63,232 nucleotides of DNA, filler included, from Folioceros fuciformis (GCA_049999805.1; 28 parts of 28 records of this genome joined end to end with filler, not necessarily neighbours in it), one strand, 5' to 3'; shown: positions 1 through 12,258, numbered from the whole stretch's first letter. Notes: generated by a model not told the origin, from the sequence alone. A program made the numbers and translations.

Positions 1-183
1 CTTATAACCAAACCAACTATTTCCTGGTCAATTAACCTAATTAACACAAAGAAAAAATAGGAAAAATGACCAGAAAATCAAGGAAAATTAGGGAAAATAA
101 GTGGAAAAAGAAAACCAAACCATACCACTATTAACCCTTTTTCAACCAAAACAAACTACTACCCCAAACTTTGGAGGTTCACA
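1..183 (+). mobile_element. Probable LTR 3' terminus (ends ...GGAGGTTCACA), repeated at 19861-20073
   Basis: Near-identical to 19892-20073. Both copies end in CA and diverge immediately afterwards into different flanks. Confidence 0.7.
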
Positions 184-592
184 ACCCCAATAGCCGAAGA
201 AGTGATGACGGAGGCGCCTGTGCCCAGGCATTCTAGGAGGGTGACTCGTGCTAGGAGGACTGAGCCGGGGAAGCAGCAGCAGCTGGAGGGATGGAGGACC
301 CTCAGGTACCCTAGGAGAGAAGAGGACAGGCAGCCCGAGGTAGCCCAAGGGAGGAAGGGGTAAGCACCTCCTTTATGATAGAGGGTCAGGTTGTGCTGCA
401 GTATGAGGAGGAGGCCTCTTATGTGTCGGGCCTCTATGTGGAAGGAGCCCGAATTTTGAAGTTGTTTTTGTTTGTACTCATGGGCACAAGAGGGACGCGA
501 AGCTACAGCTTGCAATTGAGGACCCGCAGGGGCCTCTACTACTACCGCTGGCGGGTATGGGGACTGCCTCATTGCTATTCCGAGGCAGTCCT

Positions 593-657
593 AGAGGAAT
601 TAACGGAGGAGGAATTAACGGAGGAGGAAATTAACGGAGGAGGAATTAACGGAGGAG
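593..657 (+). repeat. 15-bp tandem repeat (GGAGGAATTAACGGA), about 4 copies
   Basis: Read directly from the sequence. Confidence 0.8.
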
Positions 658-1194
658 GACCTTAAGCCTTTGGTAGTGTTTGCTGAACCTAGTTACGAAG
701 GGCAAACGAACGATGGGGAGGAGGAAATGGTAGCCCGAGTAACCACCCGTACTGAACGTCGGGAGAAGGATCAGCGGTTGGAGAAACGAAGAGATCGAGA
801 GGAGCGTCAATGGAATAAGAAGTCACAAAAGACATCCAACGGAATGACTGAACTTGGGGCAACTGTACCCCCATCATCTTCCCCAAATGGTAGGGAGCTG
901 TGGACTCCACATCCTGAATAGGTCCTTGAAAAATGGTAGAATTTCTCTTTTTGGGAATCTCTAAGTGAACCCTGTGGTGAAATAGTTAAAAGATTAGGAA
1001 AGATTAGTATCTAGATTAATGATGAGGTGAGATGTGTCTTTGAAGGGTTGCTGGAATGATCTGAGAGAAGGGATGGAATGATTTGAGAGAGGAGGGAGAG
1101 GGTTGAGAGGCACTGACCATTTTGGTAGTCTTGAAAGGTTGGTCAATTTTAGTAAGGGCACCCAGTGGTGTCCATGGGACACAACCCCTTTCAG

Positions 1195-1291
1195 GTCAGA
1201 ACTAGGTTTGGGTCAAAGTTAGGGTTAGGTCAGAATTAGGGCTAGTTTAGGTCAGAGTTAGGTTTAGGTCAGAATTAGGGCCGGCTTAGGT
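1195..1291 (+). repeat. Degenerate TTAGG-rich repeat (TTAGGTCAGAATTAGGG-like)
   Basis: Repeated TTAGG/TTAGGG motifs; a similar tract lies at about 7073-7192. Confidence 0.65.
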
Positions 1292-1391
1292 NNNNNNNNN
1301 NNNNNNNNNNNNNNNNNNNNNNNNNNNNNNNNNNNTTAATTAATTAANNNNNNNNNNNNNNNNNNNNNNNNNNNNNNNNNNNNNNNNNNNN
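1292..1391. other. Artificial contig-joining spacer (N44 + TTAATTAATTAA + N44), first of 27
   Basis: Identical 100-bp unit with a six-frame-stop linker. Spacers start at 1292, 2684, 3985, 5582, 7608, 9284, 10497, 12410, 14234, 16383, 17821, 19761, 21874, 24517, 27502, 31797, 33344, 37039, 39285, 40930, 42796, 44211, 49509, 51216, 54681, 59790 and 61503. Confidence 0.98.
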
Positions 1392-1622
1392 AGGTGCAGC
1401 TGACCGCCGGACAGCGAGGCCTGTCCTACGCCTGATCGGAGCTGGAGGGGAGCCCTCGAATCCGTCATCGAGTCGATCAAGTCCGACCCTCCATCCACAG
1501 CAGCAAGGAACCCCATCGCTCCTTCGTGGGAACGAAACCCAATGTCTCAACGACAGTGGGATAAGTGTGGCCACTAAAGGTGGAACCCGTCGGCAATCAG
1601 TGCCCGGGGTTTTGCCTCCACA
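1392..1622 (-). mobile_element. Family A LTR-like repeat, 5' terminus
   Basis: Reverse complement of TGTGGAGGCAAAACCCCGGGCACTG...; ends CCTCCACA at 1622 and runs into the gap. Confidence 0.9.
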
Positions 1623-1962
1623 ATTTGATATTTGGAGCAAGTTGGATGCAACAGTAGCTGCAATTTGCCATGATTTTGATAAGAATTTAGAGCCCTGTAA
1701 GCATAAATAGAAATTGATCTATAAGGACTACAAGGTTGACAAGGCTCACAATGTCATATCAGGCAACGACAGGTTTGAGAAGTATGTGTGGTTTGACATT
1801 GTTGATCTTTACATGCATACCCGTGCTCATGTTGTGTGTGAGGCTCATGCCTTGTCATACAAGAAATCAAGGGTGGACTGTTCTACACTAAGTGGAGCTA
1901 GCAAAGAGGACATTGATAAAAAGGGAATAGAGATTAGTATTGAGAAATGGGCCACCAAGTAA
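1623..1962 (+). pseudogene. Degenerate Myb/SANT-like (trihelix/Harbinger-associated type) ORF remnant, interrupted by family A
   Basis: Translation ...W..LDATV...CKHK*KLIYKDYKVDKAHNVISGNDR...WFDIVDLYMHTRAHV resembles Myb/SANT-like helices. There is an in-frame stop where Trp would be expected. Confidence 0.45.
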
Positions 1963-2370
1963 TATTTCAAATTCGTATTCAATAAATCTATCTACTATAA
2001 ATAATTCAAATTAAAAAGATTTCAATGTCGAATATTTAGAGATGTACGGCGTATATGGATACTTGTATTAGCTATTGTCCGGTTGAAGTTAGCCTACAAG
2101 CTATATACATGGCTAGACCAAGTACTATCATCAATCATTATCTTATATTCGAATCACTACAAAGAGCTTTGTGAGCAATTCTATAAAGGCTAAAATAAGG
2201 GCTCTTCTTATTCATCCACCAAAAGTAATTTAGCATTCGTTAAGTTTGGGACTCAATTGTGAGCTTGTATATTATTATTGAAGAAGTCTTTATCTTAAGT
2301 AAGGAGTAATCGCTACTCTATATTCTTCTACCCTCTATCTTAGGGTTTTTTTAATATATTATATTCAAAT

Positions 2371-2683
2371 ATGGACAACAATATTGAAATGAGTGAAGTT
2401 GCCAAATTTTTTATAAAAGGTCTAGACTTGTTAGTTAATAATACAATTCTCCATCAAGCATTCTCCAACTTTAGGCCAATTTTATTATGTGAGGTGACCA
2501 TTAATAATTTTAGCCAATCTAAAGGGTTTGGGTTCGTCCAATTTCAAGAGGACAAGATGCCGAAAGTGCCATAGCGGAAATAAATGGTAAGGTATTCAAT
2601 AGCAAACTATTGTTTGTGAGCAAATTTATTTAGCGTCAAAACAACATTGTCCATAGCGGATATGAATGGTAAGGTATTCAATG
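2371..2683 (+). pseudogene. Poly(A)-binding protein RRM2-derived pseudogene fragment
   Basis: KFFIKGLD (RNP2), SKGFGFVQF (RNP1), then frameshifted AIAEINGKVFNSKLLFVSKFI*RQ, matching the PABP RRM2 pattern. A short local duplication is at 2651-2683. Confidence 0.7.
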
Positions 2684-2783
2684 NNNNNNNNNNNNNNNNN
2701 NNNNNNNNNNNNNNNNNNNNNNNNNNNTTAATTAATTAANNNNNNNNNNNNNNNNNNNNNNNNNNNNNNNNNNNNNNNNNNNN

Positions 2784-3653
2784 GCTGAAATTGCGGAGGT
2801 ACGGTAGCACGCGGGCTGAAATTGCGGAGGTACGGTAGCACTAGCTGCAAGGTAGTATGCGGGCTGAATTTGCAGAGGTACGTGGAATTAGCTGCAAGGT
2901 AGTATGCGGGCTGAATTTGCGGAGGTACGTGGAATTAGCTGCAAGGTAGTATGCGAGCTGAATTTGCGGAGGTACGTGGAATTAGCTGCAAGGTAGCATG
3001 TGGGCTGCAATGTAGCATGTGGGCTGCAAGGTAGGTTGAAGCACGCGGGCTGCAAGGTAGGTTGGAGCACGCGGGCTACAAGGTAGGTTGGAGCACACGG
3101 GTTGCAAGGTAGGTTGCAGCACGCGGGCTGCAAGGTAGGTTGCAGCACGCGGCTACGTTGTAGGTTGGTTGGAGCACGCGGCTACGTTGTAGGTTGGTTG
3201 GAGCACGCGGCTACGTTGTAGGTTGGTTGGAGCACGTGGCTACGTTGTAGGTTGGTTGTGTAGGTGGGTTGGAGCACGCGGCTACGTTGTAGGTGGGTTG
3301 GAGCACGTGGCTACGTTGTAGGTTGGTTGGAGCACGCGGCTACGTTGTAGGTGGGTTGGAGCACGCGGCTACGTTGTAGGTTGGTTGGAGCACGCGCCTA
3401 CGTTGTAGGTGGGTTGGAGCACGCGGCTACGTTGTAGGTGGGTTGGAGCACGCGGCTACGTTGTAGGTGGGTTGGAGCACGCGGCTACGTTGTAGGTTGG
3501 TTGGAGCAGGCAGCTACGTTGTAGGTTGGTTGAAGCACGCAGCTACATTATAGGTTGGTTGAAGCACGCAGCTACGTTCTAGGTTGAAGCACGCAGCTAG
3601 GTTGTAGGTAGGTTGAAACACACAGCTACGTTCGAGGTTGAAGCACGCAGCTA
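2784..3653 (+). repeat. Compound minisatellite (about 47-bp, 26-bp and 29-bp units)
   Basis: Main unit GAGCACGCGGCTACGTTGTAGGT(T/G)GGTTG (29 bp); upstream sub-arrays GCACGCGGGCTGCAAGGTAGGTTGGA and TTAGCTGCAAGGTAGTATGCGGGCTGAATTTGCGGAGGTACGTGGAA. Confidence 0.95.
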
Positions 3654-3984
3654 TGTGGAGGCAAAACCCCGGGCACTGATTGCCGACGGGTCCCACCTTT
3701 AGTGGCCACACTTATCCCACTGTCGTTGAGACATTAGGTTTCGTTCCCACGAAGGAGCGATGGGGTTCCTTGCTGCTGTGGATGGAGGGTCGGACTTGAT
3801 CGACTCGATGACGGATTCGAGGGCTCCCCTCCAGCTCCGATCAGGCGTAGGACAGGCCTCGCTGTCCGGCGGTCAGCAGCACCTCTCTCGGTGCCCACAA
3901 ACTCACTCCAGTCACTACAACGACTCTAACCTCTCAGATCTGCGTCTTCCCTCACACACCTCACTCACTCTCTCACTCCAGCAC
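3654..3984 (+). mobile_element. Family A LTR-like repeat, 5' terminus, abutting the minisatellite
   Basis: Begins TGTGGAGGCAAAACCCC and runs to the gap. Confidence 0.9.
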
Positions 3985-4184
3985 NNNNNNNNNNNNNNNN
4001 NNNNNNNNNNNNNNNNNNNNNNNNNNNNTTAATTAATTAANNNNNNNNNNNNNNNNNNNNNNNNNNNNNNNNNNNNNNNNNNNNTATCATCCTAAATTGT
4101 GGACAGAAACGAGAGTAACAAAATCTACATTACATTTCGACAGTTTCTAACTAGCATTTTGGTTGATTTGCATCGATATTGAAC

Positions 4185-5581
4185 ATGGCATCCTCAGAAA
4201 ACGTCATGTTCAATATCGAAAAGTTAGATGGTACTAACTTCTCGTTCTGGAAGAAGTAGATCAAGCTCATAAGACAGAAGAAGCAGATCAAGCCCATAAA
4301 GTTGCTAGGAGTGAAACCTGTTAGCATGACCCAGGTTGAGTGGCAGGATCTAGATGAGCTTGCTAGGTCTACCATCATGCTAACATTGTCGAAGTCGGTC
4401 TACTTCAACGTGAAAGACAAGACCACAAGCTACGAGCTATGGCAGAAGTTGTGTAACCTGTACGAGAAGCAAAGTGCGTCTTCTCAGGTGTACTGGTTGA
4501 AACAACTGGTGGACTTGAAGATGAAGGAAGGGACGAGGATGTCAGATCATCTAAACGAGTTCAATACCATTTTCAGCTAGCTCACATCTCAAGGTATCTC
4601 GTTCCCAGGTTCCGTGAGAGCTATGTTTCTGTTGGTCACATTACCAGAGAGCTGGGACACCTTTCGTACAGCTCTGAGTAATTCCGCTCCTGCCAGTGGT
4701 CTTACCATTGTAAATGTCGAAGGTAGCCTGTTAACAGAGGAGGTGAATAGGAAGAATATGGAACCTTCGAAAGGTTCCAATGCCCTCATGGTGAGAGGAG
4801 GTCCACTTCAAAGGGGAAGTACAAGGAGCGAAGTTCTTCCCGTAGTAAATCTCGTAGTCGTAACAATGTTGAGTGTTACCATTGTCACAAGAAGGGGCAC
4901 ATCAGGAAGGACTGCGAGAAGTTCAAGAAGGACAAAGGAAAGGAGAAGAAGCAAAGCGACAACAAAGCAAGTCCGAGTACCAAGCCTAACGAGGTGAATT
5001 CTGTTGACGACGGAAATGTACTTATCTCTTCTTCCTTCGATTCTGCACAACTCACAGCCGTGGAGAGTCACTTATTCTCTAGTTGGATAATTGACTTTGG
5101 AGCATCTTTCCATGTTACTCCGCATAGAGAGTGGTTGAGCACATATGATGCTACTAGGAGAGGATGTGTACGGCTTGGAAATAACTACGCATGCGAGATT
5201 GCAAGCGTTGGTGATGTGCAGTTGAAGTTCGATAACGGATCCTCATTCGTACTAAAGGATGTTAGGCATGTTCCCAAGTTGGCTAAGAGCATGATTAGTG
5301 CAGGGCAGTTGGATGACGCTGGCTACCACTGTTGGTTTGGAGATCGTTCTTGGAAGATCTCCAAAGGTTCTCTTGTGTTAGCTCGTGGATTGAAGTGTGG
5401 CACTTTGTACTCACTTCAGGTAACCACTGTCAAGGATCATGTGATTTGTGTCACGGAATAGGCAAGTGTTTCCTTGTGTCATAGTCGGTTAGGACATATG
5501 TCTCAAAAAGGAATGAAGATACTATCTCGTTTTGGTTACGTCCCTGCTTTTGACTTCTCCGATTTCTCCGTGTGTGAGCAC
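4185..5581 (+). mobile_element. Ty1/Copia gag-protease-GAG_pre-integrase fragment (Tnt1/Tork-like), degenerate
   Basis: IEKLDGTNFSFWK, UBN2 region, CYHCHKKGHIRKDC zinc knuckle, WIIDFGASFHVTP protease and HSRLGHMS motifs; contains stops and frameshifts. Paralogous to 43160-44163. Confidence 0.92.
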
Positions 5582-5681
5582 NNNNNNNNNNNNNNNNNNN
5601 NNNNNNNNNNNNNNNNNNNNNNNNNTTAATTAATTAANNNNNNNNNNNNNNNNNNNNNNNNNNNNNNNNNNNNNNNNNNNN

Positions 5682-5961
5682 GAGGTTAGAGTCGTTGTAG
5701 TGACTGGAGTGAGTTTGTGGGCACCGAGAGAGGTGCAGCTGACCGCCGGACAGCGAGGCCTGTCCTACGCCTGATCGGAGCTGGAGTGGAGCCCTCGAAT
5801 CCATCATCGAGTTGATCAAGTCCGACCCTCCATCCACAGCAGCAAGGAACCCCATCGCTCCTTCGAGGGAACGAAACCCAATGTCTCAACGACAGTGGGA
5901 TAAGTGTGGCCACTAAAGGTGGGACCCGTCGGCAATCAGTGCCCGAGGTTTTGCCTCCACA
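5682..5961 (-). mobile_element. Family A LTR-like repeat, 5' terminus
   Basis: Ends ...TTTTGCCTCCACA at 5961. Confidence 0.9.
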
Positions 5962-7251
5962 ACCTAGAAGGCTGGCCAGGGTTGGATTCGAAGGCCGGGT
6001 AGCCGGCTGGGGCTGGCGACTGGCCGGGTTCAGACTGGTAGTGTGGCAAGCCAGGGGCGAGGTGGGATCCAAGTCAGGTAGGCCTCGGGTTGATCCGGGC
6101 CGTGCTTGCAGTGCTGGCGGGCAAGTGAGGTTCAGGCCAGGCGGCCGCTGGCCAGCTATAGAGGCAGATCGGGACGTAGCAGGATGGCTAGCTGATATGG
6201 GGGCAGAGCGTCTGGGGCTGGTTGGCTAGATGCAGCTGGAGGCAAGGCGGCGCCGAGTTCAGCCAGCTAGGACGCCACGGCTAGTTAACAGGGGAGTCTA
6301 TTTACAAGGAGATGATCAGTTGAGATCGGGCTGGCTGAACCAGGCGCTGGTCGACCTGGTGAGCAGGCTGGAGGCTGACGGATTCGGGAGGTAGGAGGTC
6401 GGCCGAGCAGGCAAGGGGCCGGGTTGATCAGCTAGTAGGGGTGGTTGCCGGTGGGATCCAGGTAGGCATAAGCGCTCGGGGATGGCCAGGTCCGAAGGTA
6501 GGCCCTAATGACACTGTGGAGGGGTACTTTCTGGGTGCAGCGGTGGAAGTGTTTGGCCGAGCGGCCGGTGTGGAGTACCAGGTGCCCTCGCAGGAAGGGG
6601 AAAGACGGTGGCGAGGGTGTGCTTCATCTACTACTAGACGATGGTTCCAGGCAAGAGTGTTGTCACTTTGATACACTCAAAACCACCAAGTGGGCTGCCA
6701 GGAGAATGAGTGCAGACGAAGCTAGGGGACACCACCCCAACTAGAGGCTTGGGGATACCACCCCAACCAGAGGACATAGGTGGCATTCGGCTTGCCATCC
6801 GCAAGCAGCACGCCTGGTCGTTTGAAGGTAGAAAGCCCTTGGTACGGGCATGCTCCTAGTGGGTGGGAAGCCCAGTGATGGTTATGTGGGCAGAGATGGT
6901 GGGTTGTTGCAGATGGTGGGTTGTCGCTGCCGATGCCAAGCCCACAAGGTGCTCATTCAGGGGCACTAGAGGGGTAGTTTTTCCGGGTCAGGGGTCTTGG
7001 CCAGCAGAGTGGAGGGAGGGACCAGAGGGCGAAGGGGGTTGATTGTTGGTAGGGGCAACTAGTGTCCAGGAGGTTAGCGTTAGGCTTGGTTTAGGTGGGG
7101 CTAGGATTAGGTCATAATTAGGGTTAGGTTAGAGTTAGGTCTAGGTTAGAGTTAAGGGCGGCTTAGGTTAGAATTAGGGATAGGCTTAGGTCGGAGAGAG
7201 AGACTATTGGCAGCAGACTGAGGCTAACCCTAGTAGACAGAGATGGGGGTC

Positions 7252-7607
7252 TACTCTAGTCACTACAACGACTCTAACCTCTTAGATCTGCGACTTCCCT
7301 CACACACTTCACTCACTCTCTCACTCCAGCACCAACACCAGCAACTACCAGCAACCAGCAACGACACCACTACCTTCTACACTTCCCTGCTGACTCCTCC
7401 TACCCGGCAAGAGTCACTAGACTAACCTCAAAGAAAAGAAAGAAGGGAACACACTCCCCTCTTGGATATCTCCCCCCTACAACCTTACCAAACGCCATGA
7501 AACATGGCCAGCCTACAACACTTGTCCGAGCAAGGAACAAGAGTGGATAGGTCGAGAGAAAGACACATCCTTTACAATCAAGAGCTAGGGGCAAGCCCCT
7601 TCACCCT
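7252..7607 (+). mobile_element. Family A internal fragment lacking the terminus
   Basis: Matches 17456-17798 and 61145-61497. Confidence 0.85.
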
Positions 7608-7707
7608 NNNNNNNNNNNNNNNNNNNNNNNNNNNNNNNNNNNNNNNNNNNNTTAATTAATTAANNNNNNNNNNNNNNNNNNNNNNNNNNNNNNNNNNNNN
7701 NNNNNNN

Positions 7708-7865
7708 TCATCGAGTCGATCAAGTCCGACCCTCCATCCACAGCAGCAAGGAACCCCATCGCTCCTTCGTGGGAACGAAACCCAATGTCTCAACGACAGT
7801 GGGATAAGTGTGGCCACTAAAGGTGGGACCCTTCGGCAATCAGTGCCCGGGGTTTTGCCTCCACA
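7708..7865 (-). mobile_element. Family A LTR-like repeat, 5' terminus, inserted in a Copia protease region
   Basis: Ends CCTCCACA at 7865; the flank encodes sequence just downstream of WHIDSGGSNHMT on the minus strand. Confidence 0.9.
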
Positions 7866-9271
7866 CATCTCCTGTACACACATGACCATGGGGACCTGCA
7901 TCCATCTTGTTAAACCACTTGCCATGCAGAGTCATGTGGTTTGATCCTCCTGAATCAATGTGCCATCTCTCATCATTCTGCCCATCCTCTTCAGAGAGAT
8001 GTTGCATGGCAAACAACCTATCCTGGTCATTTCCAGCATTAATCGAGGAGGTATAGTTCCCATGCTGCCTTCCTTTTCCTCTCATGTCTGCTTGCTGCTT
8101 ATAGCAATTCTTAGCAATATGACCAACCTTTCCACAGTAGTAACACTCCTTGTCTCTATTGAAATGGTCATGAGATTGAAAAGAACCATCTCTCCCTCTT
8201 GTGGCTCTACCTGTGCCTCTAAAACTTCGAGATCCTTTCTGGCCTTGTGCATTTCCTCCATGCCAATTGTCTTGCTGATTCTACGTGTTTCGAGCATCAC
8301 CCCGTCCTCGGAATGAGCCACGACCTCTGTGGCCTCTCCCACGCTGGTTAGAAAACAAAACAATGTCTCTCCCTTGAGACATACTTGAATCTGTGTTCAG
8401 ACCCAGCTTAACTTCCTCATGCAGCAACAAAGCAACCAATTCGTCCCAACTTGGGGACTCAGCTCTCACAGAGATTGATGTGTCAAGGGACTTGTATTCC
8501 TTGCTAAGTCCGTTCAGAGTAATTGCAACCATATCATCTTCTGTCACACTTGCACCGATTGTAGCAAGCTGATTAGCTATAGTCTTCACCTCTGTTGTAT
8601 ACACGAGTATGGATTTGCTATGATCTTAAGAGTACTAAAGCAAGTATGCTAAATCAAGCTCTAACTGAATTGTTATTAAGAGCATACAACACTTAGGATA
8701 GTGTAGATTATCCCATATTGAACTCGTAGTTATCTACCACCTAAGTGTTATATGCTCTTAATAACAATTCAGTTAGAGCTTGATTGCTAGCACTCCCCTT
8801 CAAGCTTAGACTATTTGTAACACTCCAAGTAGTTCATGAAAGTGTAAGAACTTATCTCTACCTAGCGACTTAGTAAAGATATCTGCTACCTCGTGATAAG
8901 TTATTGAACTGCTGCTTCAACTAGATTTTCCTAGCATGTGTGACATTCCCATAGTTCCTCATGAGTATGTCCCATGCATCCTTCGGAGACTCACATCCTG
9001 TGATCTGTATGACCAAAGCATCTGAAATACTTAAGGAGAGCCAGTGTAACATTTTACATGCTCTCTTAGTCCAATGCTTGTGAGCAGTCTTTTGCTCCTA
9101 TGATGGAGTACGATCCATCTCCGGTTCACTCTCATCACCTATGCAAAGGTCCCAATAGCCTCTACCTACCAAGAAGTTCTTCATCTTGAACTTCCACAAA
9201 GAAAAATTCTTGTTATCCAACGTCTCTCCCACAACTTGAGAGATATTGTCTGATCCCTGCACGTTAGCCAT
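7866..9271 (-). mobile_element. Ty1/Copia gag-protease, degenerate, with an internal templated insertion at 8621-8883
   Basis: MANVQG...LDNKNFSLWKFKM, UBN2 (ITLNGLSKEYKSL), zinc knuckle CYYCGKVGHIAKNC and protease WHIDSGGSNHMT. Confidence 0.9.
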
Positions 9272-9383
9272 GATTCAGGCTCCNNNNNNNNNNNNNNNNN
9301 NNNNNNNNNNNNNNNNNNNNNNNNNNNTTAATTAATTAANNNNNNNNNNNNNNNNNNNNNNNNNNNNNNNNNNNNNNNNNNNN

Positions 9384-9758
9384 AAGGTAGTGGTGTCGTT
9401 GCTGGTTGCTGGTAGTTGTTGGTGTTGGTGCTGGAGTGAGAGAGTGAGTGAGGTGTGTGAGGGAAGACGCAGATCTGAGAGGTTAGAGTCGTTGTAGTGA
9501 CTGGAGTGAGTTTGTGGGCACCGAGAGAGGTGCAGCTGACCGCCGGACAGCGAGGCCTGTCCTACGCCTGATCGGAGCTGGAGGGGAGCCCTCGAATCCG
9601 TCATCGAGTCGATCAAGTCCGACCCTCCATCCACAGCAGCAAAGAACCCCATCGCTCCTTCGTGGGAACGAAACCCAATGTCTCAACGACAGTGGGATAA
9701 GTGTGGCCACTAAAGGTGGGACCCTTCGGCAATCAGTGCCCGGGGTTTTGCCTCCACA
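9384..9758 (-). mobile_element. Family A LTR-like repeat, 5' terminus
   Basis: Ends CCTCCACA at 9758. Confidence 0.9.
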
Positions 9759-10496
9759 CTTAGCCCCGGTGTTTCAGCATTCCTTAATTCCATAGGAGAA
9801 GGCCCGGAGACGCAGGACTGAGTATGGAGTCGAGAAAATGTGAACAAGCGATGAAGCGGGATCAAGAGAGGTAGTGAGTGTGAGTGCGAGACGTTGAACG
9901 GTCATCAGGACAGGACCACGCGACTGGAGTGTGTATGTGAGAGGTGAAGAGTGGTGGCAGAAACACAAGATGGCTGCATGGTGGAAGCTGCCGACATCCC
10001 TGTGAGGGTGAAAGAAACTAGAGACTATAATAAAAAAAAAGGAAATGTTGGGGGCGTCGCGAGGAGGTGCTGCGAACCAAGGGCGTGTACCGGAAGTGTG
10101 AGAGAAAGAGGAGTAGCTGAGTTGGAAAGATCGAACGCCAACAAGACCCTGGCGCTTGTGTAGTTGAAAGGCAATCAAGAGCAAAATGACTTGAGTTCGG
10201 GCTTGGGAGTTACGTGAATAGATTGGGAACTGTACTGCTAGAAGGCCCTCGCGACTCTCTGAGGACCGATGTGTGTATGATGGACACTGGTGCATTTCGG
10301 TCGAGGCATTGGAGGGTTGACGAGTAAGGGCGGAGATCTGTGGGTACGTAGGTGAGCGCGACTGGAGGTAAGTTGCTGGCGGTTTGAAAGGTAAAGACTG
10401 GTAAAGTAAGTATTAGAGGGTAACCCCGAGGTAGAGGAGAGAGAAGGAGCGAATTAGAGAGAGAAAGAGAAGGAGAGAGAAAGTGGGACCCACCAC
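9759..10496 (-). mobile_element. Probable family B-related long LTR/UTR sequence
   Basis: The GA-rich tract plus GTGGGACCCACCAC mirrors 18927-18960; GTGGGACCCACC also occurs at about 42584 and 44753. Confidence 0.45.
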
Positions 10497-10596
10497 NNNN
10501 NNNNNNNNNNNNNNNNNNNNNNNNNNNNNNNNNNNNNNNNTTAATTAATTAANNNNNNNNNNNNNNNNNNNNNNNNNNNNNNNNNNNNNNNNNNNN

Positions 10597-11804
10597 CAAG
10601 AGGATTCTCACATATTCCTGGTATAGATTATGGAGATACTTTCTCACCTGTTGTGAAGCCTCCGTCTGTCAAAATTCTGCTTGCACTTGCCGCTGAGTTT
10701 GACCTTGAGCTCCATCAGATGGATGTCTGCACGGCCTTCCTACATGGAGAACTTGAAGAGAACGTTAGTAAGAAATGGCCTAGTAAATTCTACAAACTTT
10801 TGAAGACTATCTATGGTTTGAAACAAAGCCCCATGTCACATATGGACAAGGTCAAGGATCTTCTGAGGAGCGAGTTTGAGATGACAGACCAGGGTGCTCT
10901 TCAATTCTGCTTGGGTATCCAGATACTTAGAAACAGGCAGGATGGAACAATTGTCCTCCACCAGACAAAGTATCTCAAGGAAATACTAAAACGATTTCAC
11001 CTGGATGAAGCTCATCCCGTGACTACCCCTTCCGTTGTGGGTGAGAAGCTTATAGTTGATATGTCTCCTCAGTTTGCAGATGAAGAAAATGATATGGCTG
11101 GTGTCCCTTACGCTGAGGCAGCTGGATGTCTCATTTTCCTGGCCAACTGGACTAGACCAGATATCAGCTTCTCTGTTAGTATAGTAGCTCAGTTTATTAA
11201 GACTCCAGGTCGAGTCCATTGGGCTGCAGTTAAACGGATCTATCGTTACTTAAAAGGAACAATCAACTTAGGCCTGCGTTATACTGTTAGTGGCAAGAAG
11301 AGTTTTGTGCTGACTGCCCTAGCTGATGCTGATTGGGCATCAGATACAAACACCCGCAAGAGTCTGTCTGCCTATGTATGTTTGTTAGCCTCAGGTGCAG
11401 TCAATTGGTCATGTAAGAAGCAGTCTTCATTAGCACTGTCATGTACAGAGGCTGAATACAAGGCCCTAACAGATGCCTGTAAGGAACTTGAGTGGGAGAG
11501 ACAGTTTTTAGAGTCTATCTTTATGACACAGACCTCTACAACTCAACTGCTCTGTGACAATATGTCTGCTATAGCCCTCGTGGCTAATCCACGATTCCAC
11601 ACAAGGACAAAGCATATAGAGCTCTATCACCACTACATTAGAGATGTGGTGGAGAGAGGTGTGGCTAAGGTGGAGTATGTCAATACAGATGAAAATACAG
11701 CAGACCTGTTGACTAAAGGGCTTGCTAAGGTCAAGCACTACAAGCACCTTGCCACTATGGGCTTAAGAGTGTTTATTATGCCTATACAAGGAAGTACAAG
11801 ATAG
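10597..11804 (+). mobile_element. Ty1/Copia RT-RNase H fragment with internal deletions
   Basis: QMDVCTAFLHG, YGLKQS, TRPDI, ADADWASD and KHIE..HHYIR motifs; the YVDD segment is deleted. Confidence 0.93.
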
Positions 11805-12258
11805 GGTGTGCTCTACTGACAGGGAGCAGCTGAACTTGGCTTATTACAAGACTGACCATCCTGTCCAGCACACAAAACAAGAGGACAGCTCAATGGATGA
11901 AGCAACCTGCACATGAAGTCGTGAGCTGCCCTCTGCAACAAAGAAAAGAAAGTTTTCACAGTTGAGGTTTACATCTCTTAGGCGGGCAAGGGTCTTAGGT
12001 GTCGCTAGCTTCAGGGGCGCCGCCAATTATCCTCGTATATCTGAGCATGTTCAGCTCCTTCACAAGGTGCTGTATCTCACACTCCATCAATGGGAACATG
12101 TTTGGATCTCGTGCTGGGAACTTGGCTACCAAGTCTCAAAGCTCCAAGACTCGACACTTCGCAGTTTTGAGTGCTTCTTCGACCTCCTCACACTTCTACG
12201 CTGTCTGAAGAAGATAACACACCAAGTTTCTATCTGTCAGTGTAGGCCACTGTGCAGG

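Noticed and set aside
1195-1291. True telomere
   Set aside because: Short and degenerate, with no TTTAGGG array; a similar tract occurs internally at about 7073.
1336-1347. Recurring TTAATTAATTAA palindrome as a regulatory site or CRISPR-like repeat
   Set aside because: It is always centred in exactly 44+44 Ns, so it is an artificial linker.
2784-3653. 29-bp repeats as a CRISPR array
   Set aside because: The units are head-to-tail with no unique spacers, there are no cas genes, and the context is eukaryotic.
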